Shown here: positions 39,480-56,229 of the stretch, piece after piece | Layout: every line of letters starts with the position of its first letter | How positions within the stretch are numbered: the first letter of the stretch is position 1 | The notes under the pieces: generated by a model | Told to the model about the DNA's origin: nothing | Database searches by the model: none | What the model saw: only the letters and a program-made list of their open reading frames with translations | Origin: the human T2T-CHM13v2.0 reference genome, Homo sapiens | NCBI RefSeq assembly: GCF_009914755.1 | Contig: NC_060925.1 | DNA: 64,000 nt | Reading direction: 5' to 3' (one strand) | Translations under genes and position numbers: made by a program

Positions 39480-39770
39480 AAAGGATAGATTGAGGGAGAT
39501 TATGGAAGAAGGTAGAGAGAATGGCTACCAGGAACAGTCATTGGATATCCAGGTAGCAATACTATGTGGGTAAGTGTGTTTCTGAAATGAAGAACAGAGA
39601 TCTGGGCTAAAGATGTGGATTCAGGAGATTTTACCATGAAGATCGTAACTAAAGCCAAGGGTATAAATGAGGTTGACCAAGAAAACCAAGAAGCAAGGTA
39701 AGAAGAGAATAGAGAGCAAAACTTGCCTTTAAATTTCTTTAAAATTTGAAAATGTAAGAGGGCCAGAGTC
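39480..39770 (-). mobile_element. L2 LINE fragment
   Basis: GGATATCCAGGTAG...AGAGATCTGGGCTAAAGATGTGGATTCAGGAG...CTAAAGCCAAGGG. Confidence 0.65.
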
Positions 39771-39932
39771 AATTATGTCCACAGAAGAAAAAAAAAAGAA
39801 TACCAAGGAAAAAATAACAGAATTAAATAAAAAACTGCAAAGAAAAGAAAGTCTGAGTTCATAGAATCTGGTGGTTAAGATATTTGGGGACCTGCAGGAG
39901 AACTTTATAACCATGTAGGTTAAGCTACTGAC

Positions 39933-40305
39933 TGTATCTTAGGTCAGATTCCTTGGAAACAGACTCCAAGGTAAAAATTTGTGTGCAGGAGAATTATTGG
40001 GTGGTTCTGGGTAGAGAGAGAATTTGAACTACAGTGAGGTTGCAACACATGCCTCAATGGAACCTAAGGGTAGCACTGGAGCTGGGAAAGCCCTTCAGTA
40101 TTGTGCCAAAATGAGGCAAGGCAGCTGGGCTTTCAAACCAGCCTCAGTCATTGGAGGGATGTATCCTGGATGAGGTAATTCCCTTCAGTCAAGGGCAGGG
40201 CCCAGAGAGGGATGCACTGGTGAGCCATTAGTGGCCAACCTTCTGGCAGCTGGGAGAATGAATGATTCCATCCTGCAAGGGATCTGGGATGGTCAGCACC
40301 TCACA
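39933..40305 (-). mobile_element. ERVL LTR (LTR33-like)
   Basis: TCTTAGGTCAGATTCCTTGGAAACAGACTC...GCACTGGAGCTGGGAAAGCCCTTCAG...GGCAGCTGGGAGAATG. Confidence 0.75.
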
Positions 40306-41853
40306 GCTTCCCAGGAGAGAATGAAGAAAATGAATGTGAAGAATGCTTTGCTGTAAGGGGTTTTTATAATTATAGCCACTAATTCTCTCTTCCAAATTTT
40401 CCCCGCCATCATCTTTTTGCCAATCTGACTCCTTTACTGACAGATTTTCTTCTTAGATAGCTACTTCTTTTACTTATATGTCCTGCAATTAAGTAGCTGT
40501 CTTTTCTTTCACTGTTTCACTGAGTTGTCACTAGTACCATAGGGGACAATACAAGTCTAAGTGGATTCCTATAGCCACTCCCATTAATACTTATGTGTAA
40601 AATTACCATACTTTACAGAATTGCTTTTTCTAGATCAATTTTCATTAGAAAGGAGGCTTTCTGTGTGAGCTCTAAGTTGAGGAATTTAGAAACTATAAAC
40701 CAAGACTTGATGTATTATTTGAAGGCTCAGAGTGTATTGAAGAGTCTGGTTTTACATATTTTCTGTGGGACTTTACATTTCCTTAGAAGAAGACACTAAA
40801 TAAATAGGCTACAATTATAACTACGAAATCTTACCATAATCTTATGTTCATAAATATAGAAAAAGATTAAAAGCTGTTAATCATTTTGGCAATTATTAAT
40901 TTATGGAAGCTCTGAGTGTGAGGATGGTGTAAAAATAGTTCCCAGAAGGGATTTGAATCAACATGAACTTATATCCTCGTGTCAACCATTTTTATCACCC
41001 TGTGTCTTTCCATTCCCTGCAGGTGCTTAATTCAATATCCAGCTGTCTCTGGCAGTCACCTGAGATGTGTATTTACTGGCAGTTTTATTACTTTTTTCAG
41101 AATATATAGTACCATAGATTTATTTCTCTTTTTAATGTATTGATAGAATAGTTTAATATTTAAGATGTATTAGTGACAGGTTTTCTGGAAAGTATAAATT
41201 TCTAGTCTATTAAATTCGATTTAACCAAAAACAACCCCCACTCACACTCTCCCTATTAAAAAAATGGGAATCATGTAACATCTTTACTTAGATCTAACTA
41301 GAAACTGTTTGAAATGGGCAGATTTGTTCTTGCTTTGAAAATACCATATAAACAAAAAAAAAGTCAGTCCCATCTGTCAAATTGCCTGGAGAATGCATTT
41401 AACAAGAAATGAAGCTACATTAAAGGCCATAAAATATGCAGCAAGGGAAGGAAGGATAAAGCTATCCTGCAGTTCATTGGCTTCACCTACTGTGCAGTGT
41501 ACTCCTTGTGAACAAGACAGATTAGATAGTTATTGCTACATCAAAATATCTGCCATTGTGGAGAGTAAGAGAACTAGAAAAAGAAAAAGGGACTCCAAAT
41601 CCCAGCTCTTTCCATGATCATGAGCCAAAGAAATGTGAAAATTAATTACATTTTCTTTCATTTTATGAAATTGGATCAACTTTTCCTAATAGAGAATAGA
41701 ACTTATTTGCAATAAAGGAAGCTTCAACTTCATTCATACTGTTACCCATTTGGCAATTGAAAGAAGTGAACTTAAAGTTTTGCAGCTGAGCCTAAAGGAA
41801 AAGGAATAAATTGCTGAAGAGCATGCACATAAGCTGGATAATGGCAATAGTAT

Positions 41854-44482
<2,629 letters not shown>

Positions 44483-47129
44483 AGTATAAACTTACTATTG
44501 TTTTACCAAAATGTGGAAGAAACACAAGAAAATGTGCTTATTTGGAGGATGCTAACAGGAAATAAACTGTTCCTAACTTAGCCCTCTGAAAAAGAGAATG
44601 ATAAATGTATTTAGACATCCTCTTCAAAGGTAACTTTTTGTTTGCATTGTACATTTGAAAGGTGTTCACTTTGCTATTGCAGAACCAATTTGAAAAACAT
44701 TATCTGGGACAAAATGTTCAATGTCCAAAGTATTAAAAGGTGTCTCCATCTATGAAAGTTAGCAAATCTATACAAGGATTCTCTATTGATGAATTTTGAA
44801 AGAGGGAGAATATCATTAGATGTTCTGGGCAGTTTATAAGCACTTATGAAATAGGAGCTACATTATTACAAGATCTTGCTTATTATTAGTGAGAAGTTAT
44901 CTGGGTACTTCCAAGTAAAATGTGAAAATGTCCTCTCTACTGTCCCTAAATTTTCCCCTTATAGAACAAAAATAACATGTTTATTGCTAACTAGTTAATA
45001 TATTTAAAATACTAGACAAAGTGTTTTGCTTGATTTCTTTTATACCAATGGAACGATTATTTGAGCCATTCAGTGCCTAGAACATGAAATAAAAAAGGAA
45101 AACAGACTCTCGATTAAAAAAAGTATTACATGTTACAAAAGTAATTCCAATTTAGTAGTAATAATAATTAGCTAGTTTTTAAAATACTGACTTTATTTAA
45201 AAATGTCTGGAAGATAACTTCAAGAAAAAGCTAAGTATTTTTTTAAATAAAGGAAATACTTAATACTAGGGCAAAAAAAGATTTTTTAAAGGTTGTTTAG
45301 AATTTTTTAAAGTTCGATAGATTTACACAATCTAATGAAAAATAGGGAAAAAAAATACATACAGCTAATTGCTCAAGGAAAGATGAACACTGTTATGACT
45401 AAAATATGCAGTCAGTGAGAAATTCCAAAAGCTCTGGTCAGGTTTTAAAAAAGTCCCTGAAAACTTAGAAATAAAGGATCCAATAGTTTTCCCAAATTCA
45501 CAGAACTTTAAAAGAGCAATTATTTAAAGGCCAGTATGTTAACATTCTGTTGCAAGAGAATTTTTTTTAAGTTTCATATGGACAAGCAGGGACAATAATC
45601 TAGAAAGATTAGATTTAAGTAAATATAATAATAAAGTCCCATACTGAAGAAAACAGAATTCTTCAATCCTCAATTGGGCTTTATATATACTTGCAATATT
45701 TGGATTCTAAATTTTGAGAAAATGAAGAGTTCATCTGTCTCCTTTTTATATACAAAAATATTTTAGTTTACTTGAACTAAAAATTAAATGTGAATGAGGA
45801 TGGGGCTGCAACTGACACACTTTTATGAAGATACTTCAATAGAGTAAACCACTTTAACACCATAGATATAAAGCATATTTATGGTTAATAGGGATTCCAT
45901 ACATTCCTGAGAAGGTGGGAATTAATCAGTGGCCCAGGAATTGATCCAGAGGCTCTGTGCCAGGCAAATGTGATAGGGATATCTGATTTCTAGAAGAGAT
46001 TCAGTGTAAGAAGAAATCTAGATGTGTTTCTGCAGAAAAGACAATTTAAGAAAAAATACATAGAACATGTATTTTCTTATCTATTTAAGACATTTAGAGT
46101 TAGAGAATCACAAAAATGAGGATCAATGTGCTCTATTTATAAATGAGGACATGTGAAAAAAAGATGCTTTGACTCAGATGGTGTGGCTACTTAATGGCAG
46201 AATTGAGACTAGAATTCACTTCTCTTGACTCTTAATTCAGAGCTCTTTAATGGAATTCTGGCAAGATTCCTGATGATACTTGATGTTCCCTGTTAGACAT
46301 GCAATTAAGCTTATAATTGGTCCTTGTTCCACTTCTCTGTGAACATGACTTTCTTCAGATTATATGAAATGGCACATTATTCACCCAGGGACAGAGAAGA
46401 GAGTGTAAAATTAAGTCAGTGAAGTAATTTTATTTTAGTCCTCCAGGAAAGGAGGAAAAATGACATGATTGGATTATTTGTTATTTTCAACTCATGTTTC
46501 CTTATTTGCATTAACTGAGTACCTGATTCATCTTTGTTAGCTACAAGTGACTGTCAATTTATTTTTTATTTTAGTTCTGAAGAATGCTAAAATAAAATTG
46601 TTGTAAATTGGGGCCTCTCCTGTTGTAACTTCAAATTTCCCCTGAATTTTGGTGCTCTATGTCATGCCCAACATTGCTCTTCTTTAAACTATCAAACCAT
46701 TCTTTGCTAACACTAAAAACCTCTTCCACTTATTTCTCAATACTGCACCTGTTTTTGTGCAGAAAAACAGTGCCTTTGCTAAAAATGTCATTTTGTTCAA
46801 AGGCATTTGGCTCTCTGCATCAGATAATGCATCTATAATAGCAGAAGTTTTCCATCTCAGAAACCATGTCATCATACTTTCTTTTTATTGTTAATTGTAC
46901 TGATCACCCACCAACCAACTCAGCTAGTGTTAGTGTCTCCTAAATAATCCTATTGTAGTTTTTAGGTTACTATAAATAGGAGTTTGAGTTGATGAGGTGG
47001 TTCTTTTATTTGTAATAAGAAACCTCAAAAGTTGGAGCTGTGCTTGAAATGACATAAATAGCAAAACATTAAGGTTGGGAGTGTCACATATATTTATCAG
47101 CAATCCAAGTTCCTATTTAACTTTTTTTG

Positions 47130-48780
47130 TTTTATATTAGTTTGTTTATCTTATTACTAAAGCAAAACACAGACATTACAGAAAAATTAAAAAATACACA
47201 AAGTCAAAATAAAGAAAATTTAAAGCATCCATATGCCGTCATAGATTACCCCTATTAAACTTCAGTTACCTCTATCTGAACACCCTTTCACACACATATA
47301 CACATACCACGGACCCATGAGAAGGGATGATTTTGAATATGCAGTTTGTTGAGCTTTTTTTACTCTTAGAAATACATAGCAAAGATTTTTTAAATAAATA
47401 TCATTTTAATTAAAAAATTATAATACAGTATGTGAGTTTTACATGACCATTATTTCTGAGTGAATAAGAGGTATATGAACCAGTGTACTAATATAAACAA
47501 TATGAACTTCTTATCATTATCTACAATATCATTTTAATGGCTATATAGTATTTCATTCTAAGTGCATTCTATATTTGTTTAACCAGTTCTCTATGGCTAA
47601 ATTTTAAGTTCTTCTAAATTTTCTTTGCTTTTATAAATGATTATGCATGACTTCATACATATTTAACTCTGGATAGATTTTTATGGGTAGAATTATTCTT
47701 TAAGTAAAATTTCTGAATAAGAGTTTTGAATTCCTTACTTTCTATTTCTTTACTTCCTGTTTCTATAGGAAATAGGAAGCAATTAGCAATAGAAATTTAA
47801 TTTGGTTTTATGCTTCGGACATTTTTTACTCCAATTTTAGTGGACTATAGACAAAATGATTGATAAATACTTCTTTTAAGTTATGTAGATAAATAGCATG
47901 TTTATTCAATGGCAATATACAATAAACATGAGAACAATAAAATGTTTCTAGATTTTTCAGAAACTGTCTATAAAAAACTGTTAAAAATAGGAAAAAAAAA
48001 CCACCTATATAATCTTTACCTAGATTCACCAATTGCCAACATTGGGCCACATTAGTTTTATGTAAGTTGCAGATATTATGATACTTCCTCTTTAAATATT
48101 TCATATTACCTCTCCTAAATTAAGGACAGTCTTTTCTATAACCACCATTATCAGGTGGTTTTCTATAACAACATTATCAGGATTAAGAAAATTTGTAATA
48201 ATTCCATAATAATATCTAATATATAATTCATATTTAAATTTCCCCAGTGGTCCCACAAATGTGTTTTATGACTGTTTTGTTTTTAATCCAATCAGTGTTC
48301 ACGCTACAGTAGTTTCTCTGCATTTCTTCAATATGTTTGTTTTTCATGACATTGACTTTTTAAAAAGTCTTCTCCAGTCATCTTTTAAAAGGTCCCATAT
48401 ACTGGATTTGTTAATTATTTCTTCATTATTGTATTTAGATTATCCATTTGGGCAAGACTACTAGATTGTTGGTGCTTGTGCTTCTTATTCGATCACATCA
48501 GAAGGCATATTATATTAATTTGTCCCACAACTGGTGATACTAAATTTGACCACTTAGTGGAGGTGATGCTAAACTCTTGCGTAGTACATTTTCCCCTTTG
48601 TAATTAGTAAATAACGTGTGGGGTTTGAAAGTGTGTGAATACCCTGACTCTAACAACTTTTTTACCCAATAGTTATAACTTCCATTGATGGTCCTTGACT
48701 GAATTCTCATTTGGGACTGCAAGATGGACATATCCTATCATTTTTCTACATGGTATTAGCATTCTTTCAAGAAGCTTCCT
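47130..48780 (-). mobile_element. Old L1M fragments (L1ME ~47130-47720; L1MC4/5-like ~47880-48780)
   Basis: TTTAATGGCTATATAGTATTTCATT; CCTAGATTCACCAATTGCCAACATT; TTTGACCACTTAG...TTTCCCCTTTGTAATTAGTAA. Confidence 0.7.
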
Positions 48781-49929
48781 TTTTATTCCTCGCCCCTTTC
48801 TCTTTCTCTCTCCCACTCCCTTCCCCTCCCTATCTGTTTCACTCCCTTCCTTGCAAAACTTCCTTTTCAATCTCTCTCTCTACCTCTCTCTGCCTCTCTC
48901 CCCCTACCACCCCACACATTATCACTATTGGGTCATGAATTTATTTTTGATTAAATGATTTTTTAAATTCAATAAAACAATAGAAATTTAATTGTAAGTC
49001 TAGCTCACTTTGGCTGGTTAAAATGCTCAAAATTGTGGTGCTGATAAAAATGGATACATTTAGTAACATTAGCATTGTTCCATTTTTTAATAATAATTTT
49101 GATGCTTTCCTACAAGTCTAATGATAACATGTTGAAATCAATTACTTCACAATTTCCCTTTCCAAAAATAACATTTGAAATTTAGGAGATTAAACACTAC
49201 AGAAAAAGTATTCTGTAATGTACTTTTTGAATTCTCATAAGATTTGACTACTTTTTCTGACCAATTCACTAAGAATAGAAAATTATTGATTTATTCAGTA
49301 AACTAAGTAGGTTTAAAATTTTAACATTTGCTAAGTCATTTGGCTGTACTTCATCTCTTAGAAAACAAGGAATATTATTTATAATTACTGCTTTTCTATT
49401 TTTAGCTTTTTACACAAATAAAATTATTTAATATTTTCTTCAGACTTTAACAGAATCCAGTGGTATTTGAATGACAAAGAGACATTTTTATCATCAAAAG
49501 CAGGTTTTCAAAAATAATTTATCAGTGTTTGGGAATAAGTTAGGTAATGACTGTCTTTCCAAGGAACAAAACATCTTCTGAGAGATAAAAATTTTTACTG
49601 GGAAAGTTACAGAAAATTTGGGTTAATTTTAATATAAATGTGTGTGTGTGGTGAATAAATACAGTTTTTATAGTAAAGCCATCACCTATTTGAATATGAA
49701 TTCACTTAGTCAGGGCTTTGGGACTTTGCTGCCTTATCTGAGGAAAGGGGACCAGGCTGCGGGTTCTTTCTCTTCTTTCTCCGTGTTGAGGCTCACAGTA
49801 GGCCCTTGCCTATTTAATGTAGCCATTGTAATTATTATCATCACCATCATTATCTTTACACTGCCTTTGATATTATTAGCCTTTGGATTAATGTGAGACA
49901 ATAAGTTGTAAACCAAGGTTCTGAAAGGA

Positions 49930-50841
49930 TGAGTCTTTTTTATAGAAAGGAGTTAAAGGTGACCTTTTTGTATTGGTCTTTATACTGTTTACTTCTTCAT
50001 AGCTAGTTCCAAGCCTGCCAGTGACAAACTCAAATTCTTACACCTCCGATTGGTTTACATATAGCCCAAATTATTATACTGTAAGCTACTTAAGAGTCTG
50101 CCTGCTTTGCATTCTTTACAAAACTTCACTTAACATCCACTAGCCAGAGATTAGACAAACTCTGTGATATGATTCAGCTGTGTCCCCACCCAAATCTCAT
50201 CTTGAATTGTAGCTCCCATAAACCGCACGTGTTGTGAGAGGAACCTGGTGGGAGGTAATTGAATTATGCCAATGGGTTTTTCCCATGCTGTTCTCGTGAT
50301 AGTAAGTCTCACGAGATCTGATGGTCTTTTTAAGGGCAGTTCCCCTGCACAGGCTTTCTTGCCTGCCACCATGGAAGACATGCCTTTGCTCTAAAGATCC
50401 CTTGCCTTCCACCATGATTGTGAGGCCTCCTAGCCATGTAGATGTGCGAGTCCATTAAATCTCTTTTTCTTTATAAATTACCCAGTCTCAGGTATTTCTT
50501 CATAGCAATATGAAAAAAATGGACTAATACACCCTGTAACTATTTGATGCTACCCTTTGTAGCTTTGACCCAGAGACTCCCCCACATGGCTGCAGAGTGA
50601 CATCAGGTAGACATATAAACCCCCTGTCCAATTCCCTGCTTTCCCAGAATTTCCTTGCCCTAGTTTACTTCTATGTAGTGGTCCCATGCTATTGTATCTG
50701 GAAGGTCTTCCAGTGTTAGACACTTCCCAGAACTCTTGCAAACCTGTCCAAGTGCTGCCTAATAAAGACTGTTGTGCAATACTGCCATCTTGTGGTTGTG
50801 TCTTTTCCTTGATTGGCTCCAAAATCCTTGAACTCACCACA
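49930..50841 (+). mobile_element. Old ERVL LTR (MER73/MER74 group), split by the THE1 LTR
   Basis: 3' part AATAAAG...ACTGCCATCTTGTGGTTGTGTCTTTTCCTTGATT...AAATCCTTGAAC; start approximate. Confidence 0.55.
50165..50531 (+). mobile_element. THE1C-like solo LTR
   Basis: TGATATGATTCAGCTGTGTCCCCACCCAAATCTCATCTTGAATTGTAG...GGACTAATACA; TSD CTCTG/CCCTG. Confidence 0.93.
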
Positions 50842-53148
50842 GTCTCATACCAGAGTTTTGGATCAAAGACTAAGAAGCTGAGAGTCTTTTAATAAATATT
50901 AGGGCTGGACTTTACTCTTTTGCTTTGTAAGACAGGAGGCAAAGGGAAGGATGGGCTTTGGTCTACATTTATTTCACAGCCTCATCCTAGGGAATTTGAT
51001 TGTGGACTCTATTGCACTTGTCAAATAGGAAATCTGACTATTTGGCAGAAACGGCTTAATCTTATTCCAGAGGATGACACATCTTGTCTGGGCTTACTGA
51101 GATCGGTTTTAGTGTCAAATGAAGGCTGAATTTCTTAAGGAGGACCATCTATGTCTCACTGAGACCACCAAAAATGGCCATGTACCGAGTTCTAATAAGT
51201 AATATTGCATTGATTACTTCACTCAGCTTTGTTTAGAGGGAACGTTTCTCTTTTATTGGGAAGGTAACTAGAATGATAGAGCTGGTAATTGGCAGAGCTG
51301 GGATTTGCACCCTGACCCTGTCATCCCATAAGCCATGGTCTTGCCTTCTTATCATCCTGTTTACCTGCGCCAGAGCTAGTACTGATCTACAACTAAGTAT
51401 TTCACGGGACCTTTGAAAATGATACAAATCTATTTTTTAAATATTTTTCTTCATCTTTTTACTCCTTTCCTTGTTTTTCTATTATCAATTCATTAAGTAT
51501 CTTATAAAATTGAAACTTGAAACTCTTTAAAATAAAAATCCTACTTTTAGAAAAATTGCCTTTGTGTGTTTTTCTTATCACACAAAGTGTTACTTTATCA
51601 GTAGGCTGCTGTATGAGCCCGTTGCTTAGGGAGACTGAATAATACCCCTTTGAGAGAGAGAAAAAGAAAGACTATTTTTATTCAAAATCAACATAGTTGG
51701 GGTTCTGTTCCTTGTAAAGGCAAGGCCTCCCAGGGAGAGTTTATGTGAGAGAGATAAGACACAGAAAGAGCTAAACTGCTTTATTTAATAAACTATCAGG
51801 AATTACACATTTGAATCTTGGCAGACGGAGTAGAAAAAAAACTTAAGTGGACCCTGGAGACAGAAAAAAGTAGATAGGCAGGAGAAAGTTCTTGAAGACT
51901 CTTTACAGCTTGGAAACAAACAGGACCTAGAAAAAGATGGCCAAGTGAGAAACCCCTTAAAGAGGAAAATCGGACTATCATTATTCCAAAAATAGCAGCT
52001 TTTAGGTTACTGGGTATAATACAAAATTCCTGTATTGAACAATAAAAAGGATTTGAGAGGCTTGACTAAAAGCAAGATAGCAGTAGCTGGTCACTATGGT
52101 AACCAGAGGTAAAACGATGCTGATGGGAAAGAACACTGTTAAGATTAGGTTGAGCTTATGCATAAAGGACATAGAGAAAGAAAATCAAGTTGCTTTTTCC
52201 ATATATTCTTCTCTGACTTAGAAAATGAGAGATAGAGGGGAGATAGGTACTAGCTAGCAAATATCATAATACAAACCATACAGTTTTTCCTGGCCTTGCT
52301 GGGGGCTCGCAGAAGGCATGCCAAGCTAAGGGTGAGCACAATAATTAAATATATTAGTCACAGAAGGGGCAGCCATAGGGCTTTCAGCTGGTCCCCTGTA
52401 AGCCCAGGAATGTAGAAGAAGAAATTCTTTCTACCCACCAAGGATAAGAACAGCTTGAGGCCATCTTTCTACTACTGCCAAGCCTGTTTAGCAGCTGTAG
52501 GATGATTTAAACTGTGTAGCCTCAGAATGAATACAACATCAAAGAGCAAAAGATTGTAATAAGATTGGGAGCACACTTTTGCAAAGTTAATTGATTTGAC
52601 TGTAGGCCTTTGTGTTCATTTTTTTCAATTGTTCCGACTAGGATTTACATTTTTATTATCAAAGGAAAAGTGAGCTGTTTACTGGTTAACTGGACAATTT
52701 ACTGGTTAATTGTGCTAGGTAATTTACATCTCATTTAATTTAATGAGTAGCTAGTTACTGAAGATACGAAGTCGTATTTTGCCAAAAACAAGTTTAATTT
52801 GTGTACAATGGTAGCTACAAATCTGAATTTTCAAGATGTCAATCACCAGAGAAGAAACTGGCTGCTGATTTATGCTGTTAAACAAAGAATTATCATTAAG
52901 CAAACTGAATGCACTTAAGTGTACAGTAAAAAAGGTCTTCTGTTAGTTAGAACCTGGTTTTATAACTATCCAGTGTTTACAGATATGAGCAGCATCGCAA
53001 CAGAACGCTACTGAAGAAAGGAAGAAAGCAACCAAAGGGAGGAAATAGGCAATGAGAGGTTAGAGGTTCTACTATATGATTGGTCAGTTTTCTAAATAGA
53101 AGGAAAGAAGCACAATGATTTACGATGGCTCTACATACCATGGATGGC

Positions 53149-53910
53149 TGGATAAGTCTTCCAAGGCTGCCATAACAAAACACAAACTGGGTGGCTTAAG
53201 CAAAAGAAATTAATTTCCTCCTAGTTCTAGAGGATGAAAGTCCAAGAACAACGTGCTAGCAGAGTTAATTTATTCTGAAGCCTCTTTCCATGGTTTGCAG
53301 ATGGCTCCTTTCTTGCTGTGTCCTCATGGGGACTTTTCTCTGTGTGTACACATCCCTAGTGTTCCTTCTTCCTCTACTTATAAGGACACCCACCCTTTCA
53401 TATTGGGGCCTCAACTTTGTGACCTCTCTAAAGGCTGTTAAAATAAAAACTTCAGCTGAATTAAATTTAAAGGAGTTTAATTAAGCAATGAATGATTAGC
53501 AAATTGGGCAGCCCCCAGAATCCCAGCAGATTCAGGGGGACTCCAGTACAGCCAAGTGGTAGAAGATTTACGGACAGCAAAAGGAAAGTGAGTTACAGAA
53601 AACAGAGATGAGGTACAGAAACAACTGGGTTGATTACAGCTCTGCGTTTGCCTTATTCGAACAGGGTTCGAGCAGTTGGCTACATGTGATTGGCCAAAAC
53701 TCAGCGATTGGCACAGGTGTGGGCTATATTCGGTTTACATCTCCACTTGTTACAGTTCACGGTGTACAGAAAACCTTTAGTCCGAACTTAAATATGTAAG
53801 GAGGCAGCTTTAGACTAAACTGATTTAACAGCCCTGTCTCCAAATACAGTCACAGTGGGAGTTAGGCTTCAACATATGAATTTGAGGAAAACATAACTCA
53901 GTCCATAACA
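53149..53910 (-). mobile_element. MLT1A0-like LTR split by MER57
   Basis: GGCTGCCATAACAAAA...CTAAAGGC | GCCCTGTCTCCAAATACAGTCACA...TCAGTCCATAACA. Confidence 0.88.
53436..53830 (-). mobile_element. ERV1 solo LTR (MER57A/B-like)
   Basis: TGTTAAAATAAAAACTTCAGCTGAATTAAATTTAAAGGAG...GTAAGGAGGCAGCTTTAGACTAAACTGATTTAACA. Confidence 0.9.
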
Positions 53911-54198
53911 ACAGCTAATACCCTAAACAGAGCAGACTAGTGGAAGTATTCATTCATAAATATATACAATATTTATTGTAAATATTGTATATATGTAAAT
54001 AATAAATAACGAATATTTATTAAGTATCCATTATATGTACTAGGTACTAGAGGAACTGCAATGACCAAAGGCAAACTTGCATGTTGTTCTACAGGCTAGT
54101 GGGTAAGGGAGTCATGTCAACAATTTTACTACATGACATGGAAAGTGCTGAGCTCACTGAGCTATGCAGGAGCATTTAGCAGGGGCTCCTAATCTATA

Positions 54199-54396
54199 CT
54201 GGCAGATAAAATATACAATGCCAAGTTATGCTTAAATTTTTTAAAAAAAAGTTTTTTAATATAGATATGTTCAAAATATGGCATGGAGCATTCCTATACT
54301 ATCCATTGTTTATCTGAAATTTACATATAACTGGGTATCGTGGGGTTTTTGTTGTTTGTTTGATTGTTTTTGTTTGTTCGCTAAATCTGGCACCTC
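54199..54396. mobile_element. MER53 hAT-type MITE
   Basis: GGCAGATAAAATA...TTGTTTATCTGAAATTTACATATAACTGGG...CTAAATCTGGCACCT. Confidence 0.7.
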
Positions 54397-56229
54397 CATA
54401 ATCCAGGAGGTGACATGTAATCTAAGACGTGAAATAGTAAGAGCAGGAAAAGAAGAGAAAATGAAAAGAAAAGAAAAGAATCATGGACAAAAGAGAGATA
54501 ATAGAGACTAGAAGTGGAACTAGAGGCCAGACCACCAAATGCAGTGTAGATGAAAACCAGTGATGAGAAGCAGAAATTTGACAGTGATTAGCGTAGAAAG
54601 AGAGCACAGAGACAGGTATGAGGAAGAGAGGGAAGAATTAATAACCAAATCCTACTAGCCTCCAAAAGTATTCAGAATAGGGGCAAGCTAAAGAAGACTT
54701 ACGAACCATGACTAGCCAGTCACCGAGTCTTGCTGATTATGACTCTAATTTAGTCATTTATTCACTGGATTTTTTTTTGCTGTGTTCACTCCTTTCTTCT
54801 GTACCTCCTTTCTGGCCACAGCTTCTTCAGGAGCCTTCTAATTAGTTTCCCAACCTTCTTCAAACTATTCTCCACAGAGCAGCAAGATACAAACGCAAAT
54901 CTGATCAGACCCTTCTCCCACTTAGAAGCCTCACCACATTTCAAAATGAACTTCCATCGTGTGTGTAAGCCCATATAAATTATTCAGAAAGTGGCACTGA
55001 GATTTACACAGTGAATGGAGACTGCAACATAATTTTAAAAGAGCAAGAACAGAAATCTAAAAACATATGTGTAGGTGTGTGTTTTTATGTGAGTTATGTG
55101 ACATAAAAACTCAAAAGAAAAACAGCCTAAAATCCTTAAGGTTATAAATTGAATAAAGTACAGTGAGTACATGAAATAATTGGAATTGTAAGTATTACTT
55201 TTGGAGAAGATATGAACAATCCCAGTCAAAAATTATTATTTTACATATGAAAAACTAAATATCAAATAGTTTAGGACACTTATTGGTTTGCATCAGAATT
55301 AGGGTTAGAATGAGGATTTCTTGACATCTTAATATAGTTATAATCATCCCGCTTTATACAAGTTATATATAACTAAGTAACATAGAATATTCAGTGAAAA
55401 GATTTGCAAACCAATAATTTTAGTGGCAAACATTTTATGAGTAAAATAATTTTATATAATCATATATTTTATATTGGGTGTGTTTAGCATCTTTAGATTA
55501 GATGTTCATTAGAAGATATTTATGTGTGTGTATGTGTGTGTCTTTTTGTGTGTGCGTGCACACAGTTATGTATGTAAATACTGTGAGATATCTCAGCAAC
55601 CAGCTTTGAATACTTTGGGATATGAGACATTTATTTAATAATGTTTACTAAATTTTGCAGTAGCATGATCAACCATTCTGAGATTAAAGCAGAAAAATAG
55701 GGTAACTATTATTTCACAGAGATATACCATAGACCTTGGTTGTTTTAAATCTTTGTGACTGAAAATATAATTATATTAGTGCCTTTGGCTCTATTAAACC
55801 TGACCTTATTGTTTATAGAGCATAATTGTAATGTATAAATGACAAATAATTTTTTAATGTTATATATTCCTTTTGTACTCAGAACAGAAAAGAATTTCTG
55901 AGCCATAGATTTACTAAGAATAACAAGATATTCTGTTGTTAAAGGAAGCAGAGTTGTTGTCTGGTCATGTTTATTATAACCTACCACTGTATTATTTAGA
56001 ACATAAGTGTCACCATAGAAGATATTTTATTAGAAGGATGTGTTGTCATTTAGAAGTCACCCATATGTAATGTCTAGTAAAGTATGAATATGCTTGGACT
56101 TTTCTTTCTGATAAAACTTTAAAAATAAATTTGAATTACCAGCTGGCTAGGAATGGCTATTTTCAAAACAAAGAATTCTAGAATTGTCTGTGTTAGTCAG
56201 GAATGAGCAGGTTAGGGTCAAGATAAATC

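Noticed and set aside
48132-48181. ~26 bp tandem duplication in L1MC
   Set aside because: Ordinary slippage duplication in neutral repeat DNA.
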